The notes under the pieces: generated by a model | The model's input: the letters and a program-made list of their open reading frames with translations, nothing else | What the model was told of the DNA's origin: nothing | Database searches by the model: none | IMG/VR virus record: IMGVR_UViG_3300044750_000003 | Location: 1 to 64,000 of that record | Reading direction: 5' to 3' (one strand) | Length of the DNA: 64,000 nucleotides | DNA from: a virus | Position numbers and translations under genes: made by a program | Shown: positions 38,026 to 46,918 of the stretch, piece after piece | Layout: each line of letters begins with the position of its first letter | Numbering within the stretch: position 1 is the stretch's first letter

Positions 38026-39446
38026 TAGTAGCATTATTCCTTTGGGTATCCGTAGCGAATGCGCAGGTAAACACGACTACCATACCGGGCAAGCTAAAGA
38101 TCAAGACTGTTCCTCATACTGTAGCAGCGGGTGATACCTTAATGGTTGTTGATGCCACAGGTAATGTAAAAAAGGCAGCCAATGGCGTAGTTTTAAGCGT
38201 AAGCGGTACAACCAATCAGATAATCTCTACAGGTGGCGTAAATCCCATTATAGGCATATCTGCAACTTACCCCGGACAAGCCTCTATAACTACGTTAGGA
38301 ACGATTATATCAGGTGTATGGCATGGTACAGCTATTGGAGATACATGGATATCCTCAGCGGCAACATGGAACGCTAAGCAATCTGCGCTGACTTTCAGCA
38401 ATGGACTAACAAACACAAGCGGAACAGTACGTCTGGGAGGAAGCCTTACTCAAAACACGCTGTTAAATGATAATTCATTCTCTTTAACTGTCAATCAAAC
38501 CTCTCCGTTGGATATTATATTGTTTCAGCAATCCACTACTCCTGTAGCGAGAATAAATGGGAGCGGTGAGTTTCTTGGTGGTGGTGCAGGGAACTATGCA
38601 GACGTAAGGAACTCTAATATCAGGACAACGGCAAACGGTACTATTGTCACACGGGATATTGGGGACACACACACTACCATGACGGTAACCAGTACTAATT
38701 ATCAGGCCACAGGGTTACTCCTTAACTTACAGAATTACTACCGTAGCCCTTGGTTTATAGGCAATGATGGCGACATACAGCACTTCCCTACAGTAGCATC
38801 CTTTGGTGGTCACGGATATGGGCACTTTATGGGAGGTCACGTAAAGGCTACCGCCAACGGCGACCTGTTGATAGGAATGGATATTGAGCCTGTATTTGGA
38901 ACATCGAGCATTTCCTCAAGTGGTTCTTTGGTGGGTGGTACTGGCTATCCCAACGGAACACAATACGCTACGTTTACCGGGGGTACAGGCATTAATGCGG
39001 TGGCGCAGGTTACCGTTGTAGGCGGGGTCGTAACTTCTTATCTTTTGGTTGACAATGGTCTGAATTATACCAACGGTGATGTGCTCTCTTTCCTGATGGA
39101 AGATTCCAGTGGTTCTCCTACGGGTTCAGGAGGGTCAATTACGGTAACAGGTGTGACCTCCTTTAGTGGCGTTACTCAATATACCTTAAGAACAAAAGGG
39201 TTAGACGTATATGATGTTGATTATTCAAGCAGTTACACATCACGTACCAAGGTGGATAAAGGATATACAGATACACACAGTGCAGGGGTGTTATTAACAA
39301 GCACCACCACAGCACCCATACCGTTCCCTAAGATGACGACTACACAGAAGAACGCTATAAGCCCCGTGACAGAGGGAATGGTAGTATACGATATAACACT
39401 GCATAAAATCAGCTACTATGATGGCACAATCTGGCAAGCCCCATGA
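37992..39446 (+). CDS. tail fibre-like protein with a signal-peptide-like N-terminus
   Basis: N-terminus KYLVVALFLWVSVANAQ. Shares the block TNQIISTGG..P.I.ISA.Y.GQ.SITT.GT (38211-38327) with the next gene. Confidence 0.55.
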   Translation: MGLTNIYAKYLVVALFLWVSVANAQVNTTTIPGKLKIKTVPHTVAAGDTLMVVDATGNVKKAANGVVLSVSGTTNQIISTGGVNPIIGISATYPGQASITTLGTIISGVWHGTAIGDTWISSAATWNAKQSALTFSNGLTNTSGTVRLGGSLTQNTLLNDNSFSLTVNQTSPLDIILFQQSTTPVARINGSGEFLGGGAGNYADVRNSNIRTTANGTIVTRDIGDTHTTMTVTSTNYQATGLLLNLQNYYRSPWFIGNDGDIQHFPTVASFGGHGYGHFMGGHVKATANGDLLIGMDIEPVFGTSSISSSGSLVGGTGYPNGTQYATFTGGTGINAVAQVTVVGGVVTSYLLVDNGLNYTNGDVLSFLMEDSSGSPTGSGGSITVTGVTSFSGVTQYTLRTKGLDVYDVDYSSSYTSRTKVDKGYTDTHSAGVLLTSTTTAPIPFPKMTTTQKNAISPVTEGMVVYDITLHKISYYDGTIWQAP

Positions 39447-40675
39447 AAAAGATACTCTTTATATTATTATTAGTAACAGCGTTTAGTGGGCTCCTGCACG
39501 CGCAGACAGCGCCTGTAAGCCCATCGCAGATGAATCAGGTCACTTGGTACTATGACACCTCAACAACACTCAGGTGGGGCTTTAATGCTACCCGTGGATG
39601 GTTCTTGGTTCCTGACAGCGCCAAGGTAAGACAATGGGTAGGTAGTAGTACAGGGACAATGACCTCGATAACTCCCGGTGTTGGTTTCTTATCGCATACG
39701 CCAATTACGATAAGTGGTACTATAAATGTGGATACTGCATCAACTATAGTAACCAAGACTTTTGCTGGTAAATATGCTACATCTGCTTCGACCAATACGT
39801 TTACCAATAAGTCAGGTAATATCAGTCAATGGACAAATGATAGCGGGTATGGTACAGGGACATTAACAGCTGTTACAGGTACAGCCAATCGGATAACTTC
39901 CACAGGTGGAACAACACCTGCAATTGATATATCAGCATCTTATGTTGGGCAATCAAGTATCACAACCGTTGGAACGTTATCAGCAGGTAGTATACCTTAT
40001 TCACTACTAACTGGTACGCCAACTGCATTACCCCCAAGCGGAACAGCAGGCGGTGAACTTGCCGGGACATACCCGAATCCTACATTACTAAACTCTGCTG
40101 TAATAGCTAAAGTTTTAACAGGATATACAAGCGGTTCAGGTACGGTAGCCTCTACTGATAATATTTTACAGGCTATACAGAAACTGAACGGGAATGACGG
40201 GCTGAAAGCACCTATTGCCTCACCGACATTTACAGGAACGGTTACAATCCCTAATGGCGGCGTATTTGGTACACCCACCTCAATGACAGCAACCAATGTT
40301 ACGGGGCTGCCATTAACTACAGGAGTGACAGGGTTGCTTCCAGTTGCAAATGGTGGTACAGGCACAGCAACGCCTGCAATAATAGCGGGGACTAATATAA
40401 CAGTTTCTGGCACATGGCCTAATCAAACAGTAAATTCGACTGGAAGTGGTTTGACTACTTCTAATTTTGTATTTAATGAAGCGCCATCAGGTTCTATCAA
40501 CAGTACCAATGTTACATATACGTTAGCTAATACGCCTACATCTGGCACAGTAGTGTTGTATGAGAATGGATTGCAGCAAGTATCAGGTACAGATTACACT
40601 ATTTCAGGTACTACCATTACTTATTTATTCCCACCACAAACAGGATATGTATTAAAAGCTAATTATTTAAAATGA
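39443..40675 (+). CDS. tail fibre-like protein with a signal-peptide-like N-terminus
   Basis: MKKILFILLLVTAFSGLLHAQ. Shared fibre block at 39884-39994, plus LPVANGGTGTATP, a motif common in phage fibres. ATGA coupling. Confidence 0.55.
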   Translation: MKKILFILLLVTAFSGLLHAQTAPVSPSQMNQVTWYYDTSTTLRWGFNATRGWFLVPDSAKVRQWVGSSTGTMTSITPGVGFLSHTPITISGTINVDTASTIVTKTFAGKYATSASTNTFTNKSGNISQWTNDSGYGTGTLTAVTGTANRITSTGGTTPAIDISASYVGQSSITTVGTLSAGSIPYSLLTGTPTALPPSGTAGGELAGTYPNPTLLNSAVIAKVLTGYTSGSGTVASTDNILQAIQKLNGNDGLKAPIASPTFTGTVTIPNGGVFGTPTSMTATNVTGLPLTTGVTGLLPVANGGTGTATPAIIAGTNITVSGTWPNQTVNSTGSGLTTSNFVFNEAPSGSINSTNVTYTLANTPTSGTVVLYENGLQQVSGTDYTISGTTITYLFPPQTGYVLKANYLK

Positions 40676-42837
40676 AAAAATTACTATTCGTAATCTTATT
40701 ACTTCCGGCATTGGCTTTTGGGCAGACCCAATTAAGTATAAATCAGGTCGCACCTAACTTTCAGACTGCTGGAATATGGAAATCAACAGGCACTATTATG
40801 ACCCCGGAAACGGTAGCCGACCAAAGCAATCTTCAAGAGCCTAACGTTATCTATGAAGGGTCGCCTCAAATATTAACAGATGCCACGAACGTATATAAAA
40901 TGCTTTTTACGGCAGGTGGCACTACTCAGGGCATATATTATGCAGAAAGTGTTGATGGCCAAATATGGTCAAGGAGGGCAACTGTTTCTATAGCTAACCA
41001 CGCTCGTACTTTTGTTATGAAATCTGGAAGTACCTACTATTGTTTTTGCGCTCCAACGGCAGGCGGATTTGCTCAAATAGATGTTTACTCATCTACAGAT
41101 ATGGTAACATGGACGCTTGCCCAAGCCGCTATTATTACTGTTAGTGGTAGTGCAGGATGGAATCATCAAAGTTTAGCCAACTTAGCTGTTTACTTTGACG
41201 GCACAACATATCAAATGTTACTATCCGCCAACGCTACAGGTGGAGGCCCTTTCACAACCGGATATTATCATTCTACAAGCATAACAAGCGGATGGATAGC
41301 ATACGGAAGTAACCCCGTTATGGGCAATACAACTAATCAGGAATTAGCTCCGGGTACTTTAACTAAAATAGGAAGTACTTTTTACGCATGGATGTTCGGC
41401 GGTATGACTACCGGAAATTTACCTACAGATATTTACCGATACCATTCTGCCGATATGATGACATGGGTAGCTGACAATAGCGGAAGTCCTACATATCCAA
41501 GGGTACAGGGTGATGAAGGTGTTGGAGAAACTGGCGGTCAGGTAGCCAACCCGTGCCTTATCGAAGTAAATGGGCAATCGCATATGTTCTTCAGCGCGGT
41601 TTCAAATGGTGCAGGACTTGCTCCCGGACTACATTTAAAACAGGCTATCTCCAATTATAATATAACTAATTTAGTTACGACCAATGAGGGTAATGGCACT
41701 GGATATAATTTTGCGCAGCCATTAGCTTATTCAAGGGTTGCAAGTGATGTTAATTATGTTACAAATGCTACCAATGTGGGGGCTAATTTAGTTTGGACAG
41801 TTGGGTCTATTTTACTAACAAGCGATCCTAATATTTTTGGTATAAGGATTCGCGATCCATCTGTAAATACTACACTATCGGTAGTTACTCCAGGTAATTT
41901 AGACTTATATAAAGCAGGGGCGCATAGTTACCTAAACGCTTTAAGTACGAAGTTAACTATTGGTGCCAACGGTGGTATTGATTTCAATAATGGTTCAGGG
42001 TCTGGTGCGGCTTCTTTGGGTACCTTTGATAACTCAGGATTGCTTACCACAACCAATGGAGTAACCACGAATGCTTCTGGATTTAATTTTGCTTCCGCTG
42101 CTTTTGGCGCGACAGCTACAAACGGGGCGACATTACGAAATCAAACAGCCGCGACTGGAAGTGTTTTATCAAGGTGGTCGCCTACGTATTATCAAAACGG
42201 GACTGCATGGACGGGTGCCGCTTCGCAATTAATTCAATTCTATCAGGTATTAAAACCCGTAAGTGGAACCAACCCTGTGACATATAACTACGAGTGGGTA
42301 CATAATATAAATTTTGCTTCTGATGTTACCGTAATGAGGTTGAGCAACTTAGGAGTATTATCAGTATCTGGATTAAATGCATCGGGTTTAACCGCTTCAA
42401 AAGTAGTATTCACAGATGCATCCAAAAACCTTACCTCTACAGGAATAGGCACAGCATTGCAATACATAGCAGGTGATGGATCATTAGGGTCACTTTACAC
42501 TGGATTAATTACAGGTACTCCAACCATAGTAGCAGGTACAGGCGCAGGTACATCCCCTACGGTAAGTGTAACGACCAATGGTAAGCAATTACAGGTAACG
42601 GTAACCACGGGTACATTACCAACAGGTACAAACGCAACTATAGCAACGGTAACGCTTCCAAATGCTTTAAGCTACACTCCTTTACCTGTCTTTAGTTCAG
42701 CAAGTGCGGCAACAGCATTATTGAACGGCGCAAGTATGATTTATATGACCAGTACCGGAACGGCAAATGTGACCATTACATCAGGTACAACTGCATTAAC
42801 AGCAGCAACCACTTATGTTTGGAACGTGAGCCTATGA
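40672..42837 (+). CDS. fibre/spike protein with an N-terminal beta-propeller glycosidase-like domain
   Basis: MKKLLFVILLLPALAFGQ. Three SxDxxxW blade-like motifs (ESVDGQIWS, SSTDMVTWT, HSADMMTWV). T/G/S-rich fibre-like C-terminal half. Confidence 0.5.
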   Translation: MKKLLFVILLLPALAFGQTQLSINQVAPNFQTAGIWKSTGTIMTPETVADQSNLQEPNVIYEGSPQILTDATNVYKMLFTAGGTTQGIYYAESVDGQIWSRRATVSIANHARTFVMKSGSTYYCFCAPTAGGFAQIDVYSSTDMVTWTLAQAAIITVSGSAGWNHQSLANLAVYFDGTTYQMLLSANATGGGPFTTGYYHSTSITSGWIAYGSNPVMGNTTNQELAPGTLTKIGSTFYAWMFGGMTTGNLPTDIYRYHSADMMTWVADNSGSPTYPRVQGDEGVGETGGQVANPCLIEVNGQSHMFFSAVSNGAGLAPGLHLKQAISNYNITNLVTTNEGNGTGYNFAQPLAYSRVASDVNYVTNATNVGANLVWTVGSILLTSDPNIFGIRIRDPSVNTTLSVVTPGNLDLYKAGAHSYLNALSTKLTIGANGGIDFNNGSGSGAASLGTFDNSGLLTTTNGVTTNASGFNFASAAFGATATNGATLRNQTAATGSVLSRWSPTYYQNGTAWTGAASQLIQFYQVLKPVSGTNPVTYNYEWVHNINFASDVTVMRLSNLGVLSVSGLNASGLTASKVVFTDASKNLTSTGIGTALQYIAGDGSLGSLYTGLITGTPTIVAGTGAGTSPTVSVTTNGKQLQVTVTTGTLPTGTNATIATVTLPNALSYTPLPVFSSASAATALLNGASMIYMTSTGTANVTITSGTTALTAATTYVWNVSL

Positions 42838-43028
42838 CCCAATATTATATACATGGTGAGTTAGTCACCCCGCGAGAGATCATGCGACCAATGAACAGCC
42901 CATTAGGTAAGGAGTATGGCTGCAACGTGCTTACTTATCAGGGGAAAGAGTATGATATCATTTGGAACGGCATTGGTGATGGCTATATTTTAATTGATGG
43001 AAAGAAACGTTATTTAGAAGAACAATAA
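42834..43028 (+). CDS. hypothetical small protein
   Basis: The ATG at 42834 overlaps the previous TGA (ATGA). The track start at 42819 is less likely. Confidence 0.45.
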   Translation: MTQYYIHGELVTPREIMRPMNSPLGKEYGCNVLTYQGKEYDIIWNGIGDGYILIDGKKRYLEEQ

Positions 43029-43030
43029 TT

Positions 43031-43159
43031 ATGGCAAAGACAAAGAAAGTAAAAGAGAAAATTGTAAAGCAACCAATCCATACAGACGGCGATCCACCTG
43101 TTTGTGGCCCCGGCTACTACTGGAACGGCACAAGATGTGTTAAAAACGTAGGCAGTTGA
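43031..43159 (+). CDS. hypothetical 42 aa basic protein (below the ORF-track cutoff)
   Basis: ATG at 43031, 3 nt after the previous stop. Translates to MAKTKKVKEKIVKQPIHTDGDPPVCGPGYYWNGTRCVKNVGS. Its stop overlaps the next start. Confidence 0.35.
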   Translation: MAKTKKVKEKIVKQPIHTDGDPPVCGPGYYWNGTRCVKNVGS

Positions 43160-43521
43160 AAGCCCGTATTGCAATTACGATAATAGCCCTCATATTGTAT
43201 GTAGGGCTATTTAATTTATACCTGTATGATTTGACACGTATAAATATCGGCACAAGCAAAGTATTTTATAATCTGATCACATTATTCGCGGTCGGGTTTT
43301 TCGTGCTTGATCTTAAAGCTGGATTCGTCAGTCATGTGCATCAACAGTTTAACTTACTGCTTATTCTATGCGTAATAGTTAATTACATCATTATTATCTG
43401 TACACATGCCGGTTGGATACTAGATACTGACAACTTATTCTATAGTTTCAACCTGTCAGTTTTTACGATAACTTTAACTATATTTATCTGCGAAATAAGG
43501 TATAAAACATTCCGTGATTAA
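43156..43521 (+). CDS. membrane protein with about four TM helices, holin candidate
   Basis: 121 aa, strongly hydrophobic, TTG start overlapping the previous stop. Confidence 0.45.
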   Translation: MKARIAITIIALILYVGLFNLYLYDLTRINIGTSKVFYNLITLFAVGFFVLDLKAGFVSHVHQQFNLLLILCVIVNYIIIICTHAGWILDTDNLFYSFNLSVFTITLTIFICEIRYKTFRD

Positions 43522-43536
43522 TTTTGTACTTTTTAA

Positions 43537-43848
43537 ATGAGAAACAAATTGGCAACACCTAATCTACCTAATCCTTTTGACTGGACAGAAAATATAAAAT
43601 GGCTATCGGCGTGTATATCAGCATTGCTTGGCTACGCTTATTATATAAACCTGTACTTTAAAAATAAATCGAAAGAAAAACAGCAATTCATAGAAGATAT
43701 TGTCAAAACAACGTTACGTAATACACTTGATCATGAATTACAAGGTATTAAGGATAATATAGAAAAACTATTCGAATACCGGGAGGATGACCGAAAACAT
43801 ATTGATGAGAAGTTTTCTAAAATGATGACAGAAATAAAAAAGAGTTGA
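43537..43848 (+). CDS. single-pass membrane protein
   Basis: TM segment IKWLSACISALLGYAYYINLYF followed by a charged helical tail. Confidence 0.5.
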   Translation: MRNKLATPNLPNPFDWTENIKWLSACISALLGYAYYINLYFKNKSKEKQQFIEDIVKTTLRNTLDHELQGIKDNIEKLFEYREDDRKHIDEKFSKMMTEIKKS

Positions 43849-44258
43849 TGCCTAAACAACCTGACCCTACTAAAGCTGTCCTGCGAACCCTTAAAACGGC
43901 AATCAAGGGTATCAATAAAGAAATGGCTATTCATTTCTCCTACCTGCAAAGATTAATGGACGCCGAAGAAAAAAGGACAGACGCGAATAGAAGTGGCGAT
44001 ATGACCGCTACATCACTAGCTAATGAGCGTACAATCAATCAGGCAGCAGTACTTGCCAAACAGGTAGATAATTCAGCACAGGTACTCGCAGCTCAATTAC
44101 AGGCTATGGAGAATAAGATTAATGATAAAATAACCCTTATTCAGCAGGCTCAATATGAATCTAAGGGAAAGACAGCTGTCATTAATCCCATAGTAGGCTG
44201 GATAATAGTATTGATAATTGGTCTTATAATAGCGGCCGTAGGGTTGATGAGAAAATGA
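43845..44258 (+). CDS. C-terminally anchored membrane protein
   Basis: Coiled-coil body and C-terminal TM IVGWIIVLIIGLIIAAVGL. Overlaps the previous stop. Confidence 0.5.
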   Translation: MMPKQPDPTKAVLRTLKTAIKGINKEMAIHFSYLQRLMDAEEKRTDANRSGDMTATSLANERTINQAAVLAKQVDNSAQVLAAQLQAMENKINDKITLIQQAQYESKGKTAVINPIVGWIIVLIIGLIIAAVGLMRK

Positions 44259-44377
44259 TTTGGTTCATCCTGTACAATAACCTTTGGCATAAGTTTCACT
44301 CCATCCTACGAAAGAGGAATGCTAAAATTCACTCATTAATGCTAGAAAATCAACGTCTTAGGAAATTAAATAAATAG
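44255..44377 (+). CDS. hypothetical 40 aa protein (below the ORF-track cutoff)
   Basis: ATGA overlap with the previous gene. Translates to MIWFILYNNLWHKFHSILRKRNAKIHSLMLENQRLRKLNK. Confidence 0.3.
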   Translation: MIWFILYNNLWHKFHSILRKRNAKIHSLMLENQRLRKLNK

Positions 44378-44403
44378 TTTTACCTTTATAATAAAAACAG
44401 CCC

Positions 44404-45468
44404 ATGACAAAAGCAAAACTCATCCTACTGGCATTGGTGATAAGCGCCAAATGCTTCGCCCAAACAACCGTAACACGAACGGTTCAGGCAAATTTAGATA
44501 CGTTGGTAACGACAACTGCCGTATCAAGTGTTACTCTCAAATATAAGCCACCTGTTACCCCTCCAAACAATGGTGGTATGGTAACTATAGGTAAGGTAGC
44601 TTCTGGCCCTGTAACTATAAAATCCAATACAACTTACAAGGATTTAATATTTGATGGTAAGAATGCATCCGTCTTATTGGCAAATGGCAACGGCGCATCT
44701 AATGTTACTTTTAAAAGATGCAAGTTTATAAATACCACATACTTTGCTATGTTACTTAATGGATGTAAAAATGTCACCGTTGACAGTTGTTTTTTCAGCA
44801 ACATTGGCTTCGGAATTTATGCTCAATCCGGCAGTGCACAAATACAGGTAACTAACTGCCAATTCCTTAATGTTAATGGGATAACAGGCGAACTAAAGGG
44901 GCATTCCATACAGTTCAATAATGTCAATGGTGCTGGCAATAAAATAAATAATAATAGAATTGAAAATATTGCCGGAAAGGCACTCCATCCACATGACCAG
45001 ATCAGCCTATATAACTGCAACGGCACACAGGCATCTGTTATAGAAATATACTCAAATCTAATCCGAGGCGGCCAGCAGTACTTTTGGCCAGGTAGCACAG
45101 CTAGTTCAAGCGGGGCAACAGCTATAGGCGTAGGTGACACAGGGGGGTCTTGGCAGGTAGCTAAAAATAATATTATTGTAAACCCGGGTTTCATAGGTAT
45201 ACAAAATTCAGCAGGCTCAAATAATAATATAGTTGTAGACAGCAATGAAATTTTTGGTGACACTTCCCCTATTGCGGGAGCTGGACTAGTATATCAAGGC
45301 GGGACTAAAATAACATATTCTAATAATAAAGTGAATTACGTGAGGCCAAACGGCTCAAGGCTGGATTATAACTCGAATTCAAAAACTGGTATAACCTTGA
45401 CAAATAACACATGGGCGGCAAAAATTGACTCAAGTATTTTACCTAAACAGTTGATTACTTTTCAATAA
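44404..45468 (+). CDS. secreted right-handed parallel beta-helix protein, polysaccharide lyase/depolymerase candidate
   Basis: Signal-like MTKAKLILLALVISAKCFAQ. Repeated PbH1-like turns: NVTFKRCKF, NVTVDSCFFSN, IQVTNCQFLN, NNRIENI, VDSNEIFG. Confidence 0.6.
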   Translation: MTKAKLILLALVISAKCFAQTTVTRTVQANLDTLVTTTAVSSVTLKYKPPVTPPNNGGMVTIGKVASGPVTIKSNTTYKDLIFDGKNASVLLANGNGASNVTFKRCKFINTTYFAMLLNGCKNVTVDSCFFSNIGFGIYAQSGSAQIQVTNCQFLNVNGITGELKGHSIQFNNVNGAGNKINNNRIENIAGKALHPHDQISLYNCNGTQASVIEIYSNLIRGGQQYFWPGSTASSSGATAIGVGDTGGSWQVAKNNIIVNPGFIGIQNSAGSNNNIVVDSNEIFGDTSPIAGAGLVYQGGTKITYSNNKVNYVRPNGSRLDYNSNSKTGITLTNNTWAAKIDSSILPKQLITFQ

Positions 45469-45518
45469 ATTCGTATATTGTAATTAATCGCAGTTCAGGG
45501 CGCATTAAAAAAATATTT

Positions 45519-45572
45519 AAATCCTTAAGACGGGGAGAGGCTGAACACTCAAACCGTACTTAAGGATTTTTT
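45519..45572 (+). promoter_or_regulatory. structured hairpin/terminator element directly upstream of the HNH gene (copy A)
   Basis: aaatccttaag+acgg / ccgt+a+cttaaggattt stem, 20 nt loop, then a T run ending 6 nt before the ATG at 45579. A related copy lies at 47453-47504 on the other strand. Confidence 0.55.
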
Positions 45573-45578
45573 AGTTTT

Positions 45579-46148
45579 ATGGGTAGGAATCAATACAGTG
45601 GCTTAACATTAATAGAAAGATTTTTAGAAAAAATAAAAATTAATCCAGTTACAGCGTGTTGGGAATGGCAGGGATCATCTAATAAAAAGATGCCATACGG
45701 AAGAATAGCTGTAGGTAGAAAAGGATTGCTAACGCATAGATTGTCATACACAATCTACATAGGTGAATTAGAAGACCATATGAATGTATTGCATAAGTGC
45801 GATAATGCGTCTTGCTGTTCACCATTCCATATATTCAAGGGCACTCAAGCTGAAAACATGAACGATGCTCAATCTAAAGGGCGTAGGCCAGTTACATCAT
45901 GTCCTAGTCATATGATGTATAAAAAAGGTTGCAGATGTGATGGATGTATTCAATTATATAGAGAATGTTCAAGAATAAAAAGTAGCAAATGGCGTTTAAA
46001 CAATCCTGAAAAATATAAAGAAAAATCACTTTTAAGTGATGAAAAAAGAAAAACAAACCCTAAAAGAATTGAATACAATAGATTAAGATCGATAAGGCAA
46101 AAAGAAGAGCGTATAGCTAAAAAACTTGCCGATAAATATCGACTATAG
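45579..46148 (+). CDS. HNH homing endonuclease (HNH_3-like)
   Basis: CWEWQG...YGRI...THRLSY...HKCDNASCCSPFHIFKGTQAENMND, plus a Cys-rich and basic C-terminal tail. Confidence 0.75.
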   Translation: MGRNQYSGLTLIERFLEKIKINPVTACWEWQGSSNKKMPYGRIAVGRKGLLTHRLSYTIYIGELEDHMNVLHKCDNASCCSPFHIFKGTQAENMNDAQSKGRRPVTSCPSHMMYKKGCRCDGCIQLYRECSRIKSSKWRLNNPEKYKEKSLLSDEKRKTNPKRIEYNRLRSIRQKEERIAKKLADKYRL

Positions 46149-46189
46149 TGCAGTTTTGTTTTTGTCAAATGTAAATGTTACCTTTAATC

Positions 46190-46285
46190 ATGGATCGCGC
46201 AACCAAAATCGCCCTATACTGCTGGATCATACTATTAGTTACAGGAATAGGTATACCTCTGTTTATTATTTTATATGCAGCATGA
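46190..46285 (+). CDS. 31 aa single-TM mini-protein (not in the ORF track)
   Basis: Translates to MDRATKIALYCWIILLVTGIGIPLFIILYAA. Its stop overlaps the next ATG (ATGA). Confidence 0.45.
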   Translation: MDRATKIALYCWIILLVTGIGIPLFIILYAA

Positions 46286-46353
46286 AGTACATGTTGTGGA
46301 TAGCCCTGATAATTGTTATAGCTGTGGCCATTTGGGAGGCTTTGAACGCATGA
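46282..46353 (+). CDS. 23 aa single-TM mini-protein
   Basis: Translates to MKYMLWIALIIVIAVAIWEALNA. ATGA overlaps on both sides. Confidence 0.45.
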   Translation: MKYMLWIALIIVIAVAIWEALNA

Positions 46354-46433
46354 TTTTCATTATCATTTGGAGCGTAATCGGACTTGCCATAATTACACTT
46401 TGGATGATTTACTTTGCTAATAGAGAGATTTAA
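46350..46433 (+). CDS. 27 aa single-TM mini-protein
   Basis: Translates to MIFIIIWSVIGLAIITLWMIYFANREI. Its TAA overlaps the endolysin ATG (TAATG). Confidence 0.45.
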   Translation: MIFIIIWSVIGLAIITLWMIYFANREI

Positions 46434-46894
46434 TGACTAGTTTAGAAAAACTTCGATTACTACATCCTAAAATCCGTGAGGCTGCCTTAGACGCCTACGT
46501 GGAGGCCGTTAAATTAACTCCTGTAGGTTGCCACCCTGTTATAGATCAAACATTGAGAACGTTCGCTGAGAGTGACGCTTTGTACGCACAAGGTAGAACA
46601 GCACCGGGCAGCATCGTAAGTAATGCTAAAGCAGGGCAAAGCTATCACAATTATGGGTTGGCGCTTGATTTTCATTTAGTGATCAATGGTAAGGATAGTT
46701 GGGAAGTAGATCACAACTGGATATTGGTAGTGAATATCTTCAAGAAACATGGGTTCTCATGGGGTGGTGATTTTGAAGGAAACTTTAAGGACTACCCGCA
46801 TTTAGAAAACAGGTGTGGTTTTAATTGGAGAGACTTACTTAAAAAGTATAATGACAAAGATTTTATAGAGGGTACACAATACATTAATATTTAA
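46433..46894 (+). CDS. endolysin, peptidase M15 (VanY/L-alanyl-D-glutamate peptidase-like)
   Basis: SYHNYGLALD (SxHxxGxAxD), WGGDF and DYPHLE, the zinc-peptidase M15 signature set. Confidence 0.8.
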   Translation: MTSLEKLRLLHPKIREAALDAYVEAVKLTPVGCHPVIDQTLRTFAESDALYAQGRTAPGSIVSNAKAGQSYHNYGLALDFHLVINGKDSWEVDHNWILVVNIFKKHGFSWGGDFEGNFKDYPHLENRCGFNWRDLLKKYNDKDFIEGTQYINI

Positions 46895-46918
46895 AACATG
46901 GAAACTCAAAACTGGTTC

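Noticed and set aside
38211-39994. Similar sequence blocks in the two fibre genes, considered as template/variable repeats of a diversity-generating retroelement.
   Set aside because: No reverse transcriptase gene is in the window. The DNA similarity is only moderate and not adenine-specific. Ordinary paralogous fibre domains explain it.
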